Shown piece by piece: positions 27,001 through 39,656 of a stretch of 64,000 nucleotides of DNA. Origin of the DNA: Felis catus (Eukaryota); assembly GCF_018350175.1 (NCBI RefSeq), contig NC_058369.1, positions 6,138,001 through 6,202,000 of the forward strand, read 5' to 3'. Numbering within the stretch: position 1 is the stretch's first letter; every line of letters starts with the position of its first letter. Below the pieces are notes generated by a model, which saw only the letters and a list, made by a program, of their open reading frames with translations, made no database searches and was not told where the DNA came from. A program made the translations under genes and the position numbers.

Positions 27001-30000
27001 AGCCACTGCTGTTCTGGGCGGAAGAGGCCTCCGTGGCCCGGGGGGAGGCCGCTGCAGCAGAGAGAGGAGGGTCAGGCAGGGCCTGGCCTCCCTACCCCGC
27101 CCCACACCCCGGGCCAGGCCTCACCATGACCATCAGGAAGGTCCTTAGCCTGCACGAAATCAGGTTTCAGCACCTCAAAGCACATGAACATCTCGGCGAG
27201 CAGCACCACCAGGTTGATCTGGAGGCAGAAGGCAGGGTCAGCCACTGGGATCCACGGCCCCGGACGCCAGCCTCGGCCCACGAGGCCTCGAGACGGCCTT
27301 ACCTTGAGGGGCGGTGGGACGTACAGCAGGTCCTCGAGGGACAGTGGGCAGCCACGAGGAAGGCGGGAGGCACAGAAATCCTGCACCAGCTGGAGGTTGT
27401 AGAGGCTGTCCGCCACAGACATGGGGTCCTTGAGGCACACCTCTGCGGGGACAGGATACCTGGGTCCCCAGCTCTATGCGGAGGACGGGGCCCTGGGGAA
27501 GCGAGGGCCCAGCAGGCCACACGCACAGAGGCTCTCCTACGGGCTGGGCCTCAGGCCAGGTGCCCTTTACAAAGCGGATACTACAACGGGCTGTTCCTCC
27601 GGCCTCTGCAACTATTCCCAGCTGCCGGGAGAACTCGTCCCCCAGGAACTCAAGTCAGAAAGCTTCTCCTAACTACCTCGCCCTCCCGCGGAGCACCTAA
27701 CGTCCAGAATGTTTTTCTGGATGAAGTTATTGTCTTTCTCTCCCGACCAGGATGTGAGCTGCCTGAGGTCAGGAGCATGTCCGTATTGTGCACCCTGGGT
27801 CTCCGGCACCTAAAACGGGATCTGGCACACAGCTCGCATTCTATAAACATCTGCTGCAGGCGTGAATTCTATGAAGCACAGAGAAGTTTAGACACTTGCG
27901 CAAGGTCACACAGCTAACGAGGGGAGGGAATGTTCAAACGCAGGCCCGCCAGTTCTGAAAGCTGCACTCCTGATCACCGCAGCACTCTGGGGCGGATGCC
28001 TGGGTGTCGAGCTCCCACGGACAGGTGCGGCCCAGGCCCACTCACTCACCCTCGAGTCGCAAGAGCTGGGGACAATAGCAGTGGATCGTGGCGGCCAGCG
28101 CGGCCCCGCTCGCCAGATCCTGGAGGGTGGTCACGGTTGGAAAGCAGGGGGCGCGTCGGGCCACAGCTCGGTCCTTGCGGTATCGGATCTGTGGGTGGGA
28201 GCCGGGTTAGGTCAGAGGTCAGGCCGGCCCCCGGGGCAGCGGTCATGCAGGCTGGGTGGGGAGGCCTGGGGTTTCCGCCGTGAGGGGGCGTGAAGCTGGG
28301 GGTCCCGGAGCCAGAGTGGGGCCAGCCTGGAGCAGGGGAAGGGCAGCAGCAAGAGGCAAAGGAACTGTCTGCGAGCAGCCAGGCCAGCAGCGAGGGCTGG
28401 GGCAGGACTCCTGGGACCCCGGGGCGGGGGATACATTACCATGGGGGGTTTGCTCCCCGACTCCTTCAAACAGAAGGCAATTGCGTGCTGGGGGGAGAGG
28501 AGCAGCCGTCAGCGGGGCGGGAGGGGCGCTGACTTGCTGGGCCCCCAAGCACACCTCCAGGGGAGGGGAGAGAGAGCCCTGACTCCTGTCACGAGCCCTG
28601 GCCGTCCAGCTCCCTGACTGCGCTCTGGCCGGCTTTGGGGACCCCAGCTCCTCCCAGCCTGGAGGGACCCCACACAGCCAGCCTCCCATGCAGGGAATCA
28701 TCCCCCCCCCCACAAAAGACCCAGGCCCCAGCTCGGGGAGGGGGTGCGGAGGAAGCGGGGAGGCAGAAGGAGAGGAGCCCCCAACCCAGGCCACAGAGTG
28801 GAAGGAGGGAGGCTCCAGAGTGAGCAGAGGCGGGACTCCGTCCACCCGAAGCCCCCACTGGCAGTGGCCACTCGCCCCTTGTGTTTCAGGGACGGACGCC
28901 CCCTCCCACCCAAGCCGGGCTTGTCCGCAGGGAAACTGGAGTCTTAGGAAGGTTCTTCTACCTTCTTCTGGGTCTGGGGGCCTTCCTCTTGGCTAAGGGG
29001 TCAGGATCCACGTGCCTGATGGGCTAGGGACCCCCTTCATGGGTGCCGGAAGTCTCCCGCCTCAGCAAAGATGAACGAGCCCAGAAGCTCTGCCCTCTTG
29101 ATTACTGGGAGGAGAGGCTCATTCCCTCCCATCCCCCCCACCCCCACCCCCGCCTCCCCGGTCAGGTAACTGGGGAGTGATCTGCCTTCTCAGTTAACAC
29201 GCTTGTCTTCTCTTGGTCTACGGAGAGGTTCCCTCTGTCCCCTAGGGCCGGGGTCCCATATCCTCTGCTCACAGCTGGGAGGAGGTAGGAGAGGGAGCGG
29301 ACAGGCAGGCAGAACAGACAAGACAGACCAAGCGACAAGCGAGGCAGGCAGACGGGGCGGAGGAACAGCCCCACTTACAGGAACCAGCTTCCAGTACCAG
29401 CGTGTGGGGCACTGATGCCAGAGAGGCAGAGGGGAGAGCAGCGGGAGAGGCACAGGGGAGACGGCAGAAAGAGAGACAGAGTCACCTCCAGCCCCCCCAG
29501 TGCAGCCCTTCCCCTCCCACCCAGCCCTCCCTCCGACCGTCCTCGTGTCCGTCCATTCATCCGTCGCCCTAGTCTCACCGAGGGCTGTGCGGGGGCCACC
29601 CCATCTGCAGGGGCCGCGGGAGAGGCTCTCTGGGCAGCTTCCTGCTCAGTCTTCTCCTGCAACCGCCGGATGGTCTGGGGAGCAGGGAGAGGTCAGCACC
29701 GTGCTCCCTGGGCAAGGCCGGCCCCCAGCCCATGCCTGCCTGACCCCACCTACCGTGTCCACCCAGAAAAGGAGCTTGTGCTCCAAGCTGGCCAGGGCCA
29801 AGGGACCGGGCAGTGTCTTTGTCCACTCGAAGGCGAAGGCAACCATGAGGGCGTCAATGACAGCTAGGTGGGCTCCCTGTGCAGGGAAGGGCTCAAGAGT
29901 GAGACCACAGCGAGGGGTGGGGGTTCCCCTGGCCGCCTCTGAGGGAGAACCAGAGGAAGAACCTCGAGGTGTGTGGGGAGGGGCCTGAAGTAGGAGGGGC

Positions 30001-33000
30001 TTTGGGGATGAGCCAGGGTCAGTGGGTGGGGCTTCGGGGAAGGAGCCAGGACAGGGGTCCGGGAAGAACCACTCCTGGTGGGCCCTGTCCTCAAGGACCA
30101 GGGTGGCGTCTCTGGGGAGGAGCCAGGCCTGGTGGGAGGAGCCTGGGGGAGGAGCCGCGTCTGGTGGGCGGGGCCTGACGGGCCGGGGCGGGGCCTACCA
30201 TGAGGATAGGCTGGTGCCTCAAGTCGGCCTCCTGCACGGGACGCTCCGGCAGCGCGGGCACCGTGCCCCTCCGCGCCAGCAGGGCCAGCAGCGCGGAGGG
30301 ACTGGGGGGGGTCTCGAGCTGCGGCAGCACCTGGCGCCAGGCCCGGCAGTAGAGCTCGGCCGAGAGCAGCAGCCGTGTCACCGGGGGCTTCACGTGCTCC
30401 TGTGCGTACTGGTCGGTGTAGAAGGGCTCCCACAGCTCCGAGGGCACATGCTCTGCGGGGCGAGGGGGGTGACGGCGGGTCAGGGCCCAGGCATGCGTCG
30501 GAGGACGGCACGGGACGGGGAGGCTAGGGGACCCGGGCGCGGGTGTGCGGGAGCTCGCCACAGGAAGGGGCTCCAGGCAGAGGGGCAAAGGCCAGGAGGT
30601 GGGACAGGCAGTGCCTGGGGGGTGGGGGAAGGGCAGTTCTGGAAGGGGAGAGGCCACCCGCGCAGGGGCTTGTTGGGAGGGCGGTGGTCTTGCAGGCCCT
30701 CCGAGGAGAACAACAACGAGACGACAAGATCCCTTAATCCACCTAACTCCCCGGGTGCCCTGCAGGCCTAGGAAGCAGCAGCCAGGGCACAAGTGGTAAC
30801 TCCAGAAACTGAGGCACAGAGAACGAAAGCAACCTGCCTAAGGCCACACAGCTGGCCAGTGCCGGCACTGGGATTCAAACTCAGGCCTTTAGCAGCAACC
30901 CCCCCCCCCCCCGCACCCTCTGTCAGCTTGGAAGCGGGGGTGGGATGAACTGTGGAGTCGGGGGTCTGGCAGGCCGGCCAGGGAGCCGGAAAGCTGGCCG
31001 GACTGCAGACCTTCTGAGGGGGGTGAACGGTCAGAACCTGGCGACTGAAGGGAGGAGGCGGGGGAGGGACAAGGAGGCGTCCAGGGGCCCATCAGGTGTG
31101 AGTGGGAAGGTGGGGGTACAGGCGGTGAGGCCGCAAAAGCGGAGCGTGAGGGGCCGGGGCTCTGGAGAGAGGTGAGATCACCTTGCGGGGGCGGCCACAG
31201 ACCCCCTGAGGACGTTGAATGAGACGGGCAGGGCAGGGAGAGGCTTGAGGAAGCCCCATGTGGGGGGATGGGGGGGCACGGAACCCCAAGCAGGATCCAT
31301 GGGTGGGGAACAGAAAGACCAGAATAAGTCACCAGGACGATTCTCTGGGAGGGTCCAGGAGGAGGTGACTGAGGCCAGCCTAGGGGACCTGCCCTCGTGG
31401 GGGTCTTTCAGGGAGGCCCTAACTCTTATTCCAACCAGAACAGCTGTTTTGTCTACTGGGGTTCTATGTGTCTGAAATAACGGGAGGGGGCAGATTTCTA
31501 CCGCTTAAAAACATCGGCACACAACACACCGGGCCTTTCTCACGCGCCTGTCTTCACAGCCAGGCTCCCCGGAGACCCCCCCTGCCCTCACCTGTAAGGA
31601 CCCAGGCTTCCTTGCCTTCACTCCACCCCGCCCCCTGAAGTCACACTTGACCTTCCCACGTAACGCTCCACCCCTGTGGACAGCTGTGTGCACTCTCTGA
31701 ACAGACTTCTCCTTCCACCCGACCCCCGCCCCAACCTGCCCTCCCAGCTCCCAGCCTCCCCAAGGCCAGCAGCGGCCCTCCAACGCGCGGTTGTGGGCTG
31801 TATCTCGCCTGGGCGCTCTGCCCAGCACCTCCTTGTTCCAGAAACCTTCCTCCCCCGGCATCTCCCCGCTTTCCATCTTTTTCTCTGTCCCGCCACTCAA
31901 GCCAGGCCTCTTCCCCTAGTGCCCCTTCAATGCCAGGTTCCTGACAGCTCGGTCGGAACAGCCCTGTAAGTGGACACGTGCACCCCCCACCCCTGCCTGC
32001 CAGCCCGCCCGCCCAGCGATAGCCTCCGTGGCCATCTGAGCACTGCCACCTGCTGCGGCCCAGGCCGTGTGTCCCACTGCCCTCTGGGCATCTCCCATGA
32101 TGCTCGGTACCTTGCTCCAAACCTGCTCCTTCTCCCTCGGAGAGAAATGGAGGTAAGAAGTCGACATCCCTCCTCCCCCCTCCTTCCCCTCCAACACCTA
32201 AGGTCCTCTGTTTTCATACTCTCCAGGCATCTCCCCAACCCACACCCTGTTCCCCGTCTCCCCAGCCCCTGCTCATCTCCTGCTCCCACTGGCAAAATTA
32301 AACAAGTTTCTTTCCTGCAGGACTTGTCAGGGCCTTCGAGATGAAAACACGTGAGCTAGGGCTACCCAACAGCTCATGTTTACCAAGCGCTTCCTCTAGG
32401 CCTCTATACCGCAACCCGGCCGGCACTCGGGGGCGGATGATTCTTTGTGTCTCACAGGGGGCGGGGTAGGCTGTCCGGTGCGTCAGGATGGTCAGCAGAG
32501 TCCCTGGTCTCTAGTCACAGAACTCGAGTAACACCCTCCTTCCCAAGCAGTGACAACCAAAGAGGTCTCTAGACACTATCAAAGGTCTCCTGGAAGGCAA
32601 AACCACCCCCGGGGTTCAGAGCCACCGCTCTCTACTAAAAATGTTTATTGACCACTTACCATCGGATAGTGCTGGCCGACAGAAATACAATTTGACCCGC
32701 ATATGTAGTTTCAAATTATTTTCTAATGTTTATTCATTTTTAAGAGAGAGAGAGAGAAACAGAGCGCGAGCAGGGGAGGGGCGGAGAGAGAGGGAGACAC
32801 AGAATCCGAAGCAGGCTCCGGGCTCCGAGCTGTCAGCAACTCAAACTCATGAGCCACGAGATCATGACCTGAGCCCAAGTCAGACGCTCAACCGACGGAG
32901 CCACCCAGGCGCCCCAACCCACACATGTAGTTTTAAACTTTCTAGGAGCCACATTAAAAAGGTAGAAACGGGGGGCACCTGGGTGGCTCCGTCGATGAAG

Positions 33001-36000
33001 CGATCGACTTCGGCTCAGGTCATCATGATCTCACGGTTCGTGGATAAGAGCCCTGCATCGGGCTCCGTGCTAACAGTGCACGCACGGCCCGCTTGGGATT
33101 CTCTCCCTCTCCCTCTGCCCCTCCCCAACTGGCGCTTTCTCTCTCTCAAAAATAAATAAATAAACTAAAAAAAAAAAAAAGAAATGGATAATTACCTTAG
33201 TATATATTTAACGCAATATATATCTGATACTATCATTTCAACAATCGACATAAAAACATTATTAGTGAGGTATTTCACTTTTTTTTTTTTTTTTTGTATT
33301 AAGTCTTCGGAAGCCACTGTGTGTTTTTTACATTCATAGCACATCACGATGAACACCGGCCACCAGACCGGACCACACAGCTCTACGGCGCCTCTGACAT
33401 ACACGGCCACCTCGTATGCGTTCGCTCGTGTAATCCTCACGATGCTTATTCTTCTCCCCACTGTACAGATGAGAAAACCAAGGCCCAGAGAGCTAACTCG
33501 CCCAGGATCGCACCGCTAATAAACATCCGAGCTGACGTGAACCCAGTTGCCCTATGGGTCAGAGTGACGTTCAGGCGTAAGGGACTTAGGTGGTGTCTCC
33601 CAAACTGGGTAGAGATGGCACCCTTTCTTATCTCTGAGCTTCGGTCCCACAGAGGCCACCTGCCGGCACTCATGCCCAGCCTCCTTACACCTGTGCCCCC
33701 AGGCTGCCAGAACCACCTCCCCCCCCCCCCCCCCCCCCCCCCCGCCCAGCCACCATTCCCCAGGGGGCAACTGCATAGCTGATCTCATTTTGTCAGTCCC
33801 CAAACCCAGTCCATAGCTCCCCGGTGCCCTCACATCCCCCTACCTCCCGGCCACAGTTCAAGAGGCCCCCTGTCCCGCCAGCCCCTCTCATCTCCCCCCT
33901 CCCTGGGCCCCCACCCCACCACTGGGCCCCGCACATTTTTCTCTGAGAACTCCCTGATGGGCCAACCCCCAGGCCTTTTCACATGTGGCCTCCCCCTGGC
34001 AAACTCCTATGCGTCCCTCAAGGTTCAAACTTTCCCTTCCCTCCCCTCCCCTCCTCGGCAGAGTTCGGGGCTTTCCTCCCCCAGCCCCACTGCTCGCCTC
34101 TACAACACAGACCTTATCACCCTAAGCAGCCGAGATCTGGTTTCGTGTCCCATCCCCCATTTTCCCAACTCCACCCCCATCGCTCTGTCCCGGCACCAGC
34201 CTGGCACCCAACAGGCATCGGTAAAAAGTCCCAGAGTTCGTGAATCAAGCAGAGCTCTGTGGCCCACTTCCCCCTCTGGGCCAGGCGTCCCACCTTCCTC
34301 AGCCCCCTCTGCTTAGAAAAGGTGGGTATGAGGCCGACTGAACGTGACCCTCACCCTGACCCTCACCCTCGGGGAGGAGATCGCACAGTGCAGGGAGCTG
34401 GGTCAGGGAGAACAGGACTGGGTGAGTCGGGGCATCTCCTCAGGAGACCTCCCTTTCCTTTCTATGAAATGGGATGGCATTTTCTGCTCCATGATAATAT
34501 TATTAATAACAGTGCCACAACGGGTCACAGCAGCAGTGACAGCGAGTAGCTGTTTACCAGGCACTGTGCGCCAGAACCAACCTTGTGAGGAAGGTGCCGG
34601 GATCCCAGCCGCCCGAGCACTGCCCTGGCACTTAGTGGGTGCCCCACAGACATTTGCGAAACGGATAAATGAGTGAACATAAATGCCTTCTTACACACAG
34701 GGGAAACAGACGCTTAGAGAATTGACATAATTTCTCCATAACCCGGTGGAGCTGGGACTTAAGCCCAACTCTGATTCCCAAAGTCGAGCCTTCTAACCAA
34801 GGCCACATAACCCGGGACGGGAGAGGCTGGGGCAGACCCAGATCTCTGCCTACCAGCCCCCTTTCTTCCTCAAGCAGATCCTCAGGGAAAGGCAGGCCCC
34901 AGAGTGGACCCTGCATGGGAGGGTGTTGGGAGAAAGACACAGGCTTGGGCGGACCCAGGAGATGGGCAGCTGTCCCCGAGCCCCACACCCAGAACAGGTT
35001 GATCTGGGAAGGCCACTGAAGGGGTGGGGGGATGGGCTGTGCTCAGCAGGTGCCAAGACCAGTGGCCAGGCGGGTGGGAGAGCAGGCGTCCCCCTTAGGA
35101 CGCCTGGGAAGGCCCAGACCTTAATTAACCCCGCCTGCCCCACAGCAGGCCCTGGCTCCCAGCTCTGGCCTGGGTGATGAGGTTGCCCTAGGGCCCTGAC
35201 TTTGCCCACAGGCGCCCTTGAATCCCGGGGACCCACCCGCACCCTCCCCCTTGGGTTGGCCTGACTTCCCCACACACGTGGCCCTAGGGGAGGGCTGGAG
35301 GCTCTGCCCCGGGTGGGAGAAGGCCTTACACCTGCGCCCCCACCCCCGCCGATCTCGGACAAGCCAATTCCCTTCTGGGCTCCCAGGCAAAATGGGGTAA
35401 TAAGTCACAGCTGCCAGCCGCTGGCCGGGGCCATGGAGGCGAAAGAAGAGGCTCCCAGAGCTGCCCTCGCCGCCCGCAGCGCAGGGAGGGCTGACGCGGG
35501 GTGTGGGTTCGGCTGCGGGGCGGTAGGGGGGGGGTCCTCGGGGGTGCGTGATGTGGATGTGTAAAGGGGGGGGGGGTAGGGCGTGCAAGGCCCGCCCGGG
35601 AGACCCCGCCCCGCTCACCTGGACTCCCGGACGCCGGGGTCCCGGCGCGGATCTGGGCCGCCGGCCCCACCCCCACCGCGCTCCCGCAGCCGGGCGGGCA
35701 AAGTCCACCGCCCGGGCCGAGCAGGAAGCCCGGAGGCCCGGCGCGGCGGGGCCCGAGCCCGGGCCCCCCCCCCCCACACCCGGCGGCCGGCGCTATTGTT
35801 CCCACGGCCCCGGCCTCCGCGGCCCGGCGCCCCGCCCCCCGCACCTGCCGCCCNNNNNNNNNNNNNNNNNNNNNNNNNNNNNNNNNNNNNNNNNNNNNNN
35901 NNNNNNNNNNNNNNNNNNNNNNNNNNNNNNNNNNNNNNNNNNNNNNNNNNNNNNNNNNNNNNNNNNNNNNNNNNNNNNNNNNNNNNNNNNNNNNNNNNNN

Positions 36001-36049
36001 NNNNNNNNNNNNNNNNNNNNNNNNNNNNNNNNNNNNNNNNNNNNNNNNN
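21610..36049 (-). CDS. CAMSAP3: Calmodulin-regulated spectrin-associated protein 3 (Nezha; CH, coiled-coil and CKK domains); first coding exon inferred within N gap 35854-36049
   Basis: Visible exons: 30452-30199, 29876-29754, 29674-29579, [29411-29379], [28487-28440], 28188-28050, 27442-27303, 27218-27125, 27051-26997, 26855-26782, 26529-26460, 26363-24926, 23672-23533, 23452-23154, 22674-22575, 22319-22207, 22123-22005, 21915-21610. GT-AG, phases consistent. CKK domain PRLYKEPSAKSNKFIIHNALSHCCLAGKVNE...SMSVDAFTI. Confidence 0.95.
28440..28487 (-). CDS. CAMSAP3: CAMSAP3 48-nt cassette exon (HAIAFCLKESGSKPPM)
   Basis: cag|...|gtaatg, phase 0/0. Matches the insertion recalled for the long human isoform. 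Confidence 0.8.
29379..29411 (-). CDS. CAMSAP3: CAMSAP3 33-nt cassette exon (CPTRWYWKLVP)
   Basis: Long pyrimidine tract, cag|...|gtaagt, phase 0/0. WYWKLVP motif is shared with CAMSAP1/2. Confidence 0.85.
32395..33410. mobile_element. MER20 and MER33-like hAT-Charlie fossils with two head-to-head CAN-SINEs (- ~32715-32915, + 32971-33181)
   Basis: gtgacaaccaaa...tctagaca (MER20), tctaggagccacattaaaaaggta and tatatttaac...atcatttcaaca (MER33). SINE heads visible. Confidence 0.65.
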
Positions 36050-36450
36050 TCCGCGCTCGCTCGGGCTGGGCTGCGCCGCGCTCGCACCCGGGCCGGGCCC
36101 GCCGCCGCCGCCGCCGCCGCCGCCGAGCCAGGTGCGGCCGCTCGCGCTCGCGACGCAGCGTCGGCCCCGCCCCGGGGCGGAGCCCAGGTGCGCCCCGCCC
36201 CCGGCCCAGACCCCGACCCGGTCCTCCCCGCCCCCCTCCGGCTTCGCCTGGCCGCCTGCAGCGGGTGGGGCGGGCCCGGACTGCGGTGTTGGCGGGAGGC
36301 TGCGGAGGAGTGCGTGTGCGTGTGCGTGTGCGCGCGTGCGCTGGGGAGGACGAGGGACCCTCTGTTTGCGGATGTGTGTGCTGGGCCGAGCGTGTACGCT
36401 TGGATGTGAACGTGAGCGTCCGTGCGTGGCTGCACCTGTGTCCGATGGCG
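35450..36450 (-). promoter_or_regulatory. CAMSAP3 CpG island/promoter with (CGG)9 at 36099-36125
   Basis: Very high GC/CpG, several GC boxes, CAGGTG E-boxes, trinucleotide run. Flanks the gap that should hold exon 1. Confidence 0.85.
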
Positions 36451-36919
36451 AGTTGGGAGCGTAGAGAGCGTGTGTGTTTGTAGCCGTGTGTGCGTCTCCG
36501 AACGCATTCGGGTGGTGAACGCGCGAATTTGAGGGTGTCTGCGTGTGCTCTCTGGGTGGGCGTGTGACAGCACCTGTGTGTGTGTGTGTATGCGTGTGCG
36601 TCCGTGTTTTTCATGTGTGTGCAAGGATCGTATGGTGTAGGTGTCTGTGTCCAGAGGGTATAGTGGTGGCGAGTGTGCGTGTGCATTTGTGTTTTGTCAG
36701 TGGATTTGCGAGTGTACGTGTTTGTGAGCATCTAAGGATGTTTTGTATAAGGATGTGATCGGTGTCGATGAAGGAGCACGCGAGAGAAATTGAGAGCAGG
36801 TGTATTTATGCAGGAGTGTGTTTACTTATATCTATGGATGGGCTAATGGCAGTTACTGGGGACACTTGCAAATGTCTGAGCCCTTTTTGTGGACATTTGT
36901 TTAATATTTGCTTGTGTCA

Positions 36920-37084
36920 GGGTGCCTGGGTGGCTCAGCTGGTTAAGCTCTGACTTCGGCTCAGGTCACGATCTCATGGTTCGTGAGTTCAGGCCCTGTG
37001 TCAGGCTCTGTGCTGACGGCTCGGAGCCTGGAGCCTGCTTGGGATTCTGTGTCTCCTTCTCTCTCTGCCCCTCCCCTGCTCGTG

Positions 37085-37130
<46 letters not shown>

Positions 37131-37790
37131 AATAAATATTTAACAATTTTTTTAATTGCTGTGTATTCCATTGTGTTTTTGTGTCAACACATCTGCCACG
37201 TGCCTCTCAGCTGTGTCTAATTGTGAACGTAGAATCGTGTGTTGTCTTCGCAGACCTGTATATCCACGGTGTGTATAACCGGGTGTGATCACATGTGTAT
37301 AGTAAGTGCACATACGTATCTGGGTTTGTATGTTATCTTTTCACAGGAGTGTTGACATGTATGACTTTCTGTGTGTTTTTGTGTGAAGCTGGTATTTACG
37401 TTTGAAATTTGGGACGTTGGCACGGATCTGTGTGGAAGCATGAGTGTGTCAGAGTGTCCATGGGTATCTCTTTGCTGAATGCAAATTGAGTATCTGAGCT
37501 TCCCTCTTTGCGTGCAAGTACATGTGCGCCTGGTGGCAAATCGAAGACTGTAGTGTACATGTAGGTATGCACACGCAGTAAGTTAGGTTTTTCACATTTT
37601 TTAAAATTTATTATTGAGAGAACATGAACGTGGGAGGGGCAGAGAGAGGGAGAGACACAGAATCCGAAGCGGGCTCCGGGCTCTGAGCCGTCAGCACAGA
37701 GCCCGACGCGGGGCTCGAACCCACGAACCGCGAGATCATGACCTGAGCTGAAGTCAGACGCTCAACCGACTGAGCCACCCAGGCGCCCCA
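36920..37790. mobile_element. CAN-SINEs (+ 36920-~37150, - ~37597-37790)
   Basis: SINEC head, (CT)n and A tail. Confidence 0.88.
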
Positions 37791-39656
37791 AGAAGTTGGG
37801 TTTTGAATGGCTCTGTGAGCGTGTAAGGGTATGTATGTGTACCTAGATGCAATTGAGTGCCATATATGAGTGAGGCTGGGTGGGTGAATCCCATGTAAGG
37901 GAATGTAAATGTGAGTTTCTGCATTCACAACTATAGAGGGAGTTTCATTCAACACCCACACCTACACACACACACAGCAATCGGGGGGCTCTTGACTCTG
38001 TAAAAAGCACAATAGCGAGTCAGTTTCCTGAGACAGCCCCCCTCTCAGGCTCAGATGGTCCCCAAAGCCTATTCTTTGTAGAAATTCCTGGGGCCCCTTA
38101 ACATACATTGCACAGGTGTGTTTGAGGCATGGGTCTCATGGTCCAGAGCGTGTGACTGGAGAGGGGGTGGGTGTGCCCAAGGGAGGGGAGCTGGGGTGTC
38201 GGCCCTCCTGTCTGGATGTGCCCGTGCAGGAGTGGGTGTGGGCACACAAAGGGGCCAGTGTGCGTGTGTTTTCGTGCACGTGTTGATATGCGCGATGCAC
38301 GTGTCTCGGCTCCTGTCCCAAGCCCCCTGAATGACCTGGACATGTCCTTTCCCCACCGGGCCTTGGTCTCCCCATTGGTGGCACTGCCGGGGGGTCCGGG
38401 GCTCCTGGCATCGGGAGGTGCCCGGGAAGGGAAGGGCACACCGTCACGGGGTGCCACTCCCATGAGCGTGGCACGTCCCGCTGGCTCACATGCGTGTTTG
38501 CTTTTCTGGGAAGGTTCTCATGACCTCTATGGACCCCAAGGACAAACACGAGCTGGGACACACTCCTGGGGATGCTCTGTAAACACACAAGCACAAGGCT
38601 CCTGCCCCGGGAGGGAACCCGCAGGCCCTCGCCTGTCCTGGACTGGAGGGCCTGGGGGAGTCTGCTGGTGTCAGAGTAGGAACTGGGCACGGTGCTCCCC
38701 CCTCAGGCACCAGGGGCCTCCTCAGGCCCAGCCCCCACACTGGGCCAACTGGAACTCCTGGCTGGGCTAGACTGCCCCACCCACACACAGCCGGCTGGAA
38801 CCGAGGTCCCACCTGCCCCTGAGGGCCAGTTCCTGGGGCCCACGCAGCTCCAGACACACTGGCTCCCCTGTGAGCAGGTGGCCTCCTCCCCTCAGACCCC
38901 CTCCGGCCCTCCCCAAGCCCTTGCCTGCCACCTCCTCCCTCACCTGGGGCTTCCTTTGGTTCTCACACCTCCTAACTCATCAGACAGGCTCTGGTTATGA
39001 AGCTGGAGGTGGGGATGACTTAGAAGGTTCATAGGTCGGAATTCAGGACTAGGTTTTGGGGAAGTGTATGAAGCCCCCAAAACTCACCTGCAAAATTCTG
39101 GATATGTGTGCACTTTGGGGATCGTATCAACAAGTAACAGTTTTTGAGGCTATTTTATACCCAGCACGATCTCATTTAATTCTTACAACATCCCGAGCGT
39201 AACGAGTATTATACCCATTTTGCCGACAGAAAAATTGAGGCCAAGGGCCCCAAAATGACACAGCTACGAGAATGAAGGAGGCTTTGAGCCCAAGGCACCT
39301 GGATTCACCCACTGAACCACCATGCTGCCTTTCCGTTCTGAGGCTGGCCTACCTTCCCTAATCGTTCGTCACCCTCAGATGGGGTTGGATGAAGCCCGAG
39401 GCTGGGGGGCCTCCGAGCAGGGGAAGGTTGGGATCTCCCCTCAGTACCTCTCGTCCACGGTGAACTATAGTGATGCGGATTCAAGTCTGGCCACTGATTT
39501 TGTCTACCCGCCCACACAGTGTCCCATGGCGGCCTTTCTGAAGTTTGGCCTCAGTAGAGGGAGATTATTCTCGGACTCCCCCCATCCAGGGATCTCAGGG
39601 AGACAATTCTGAAGTCTTTCAAAATAACATTAAAAAACAAAGACAAAAACAAAACA

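Noticed and set aside
26961-27917. 318-aa + strand ORF
   Set aside because: Antisense shadow of GC-rich CAMSAP3 exons running into repeat-derived sequence, with no recognisable domain.
35326-36731. Several 290-430 aa ORFs on both strands
   Set aside because: They span the N gap and a stop-poor CpG island or GT-repeat sequence.
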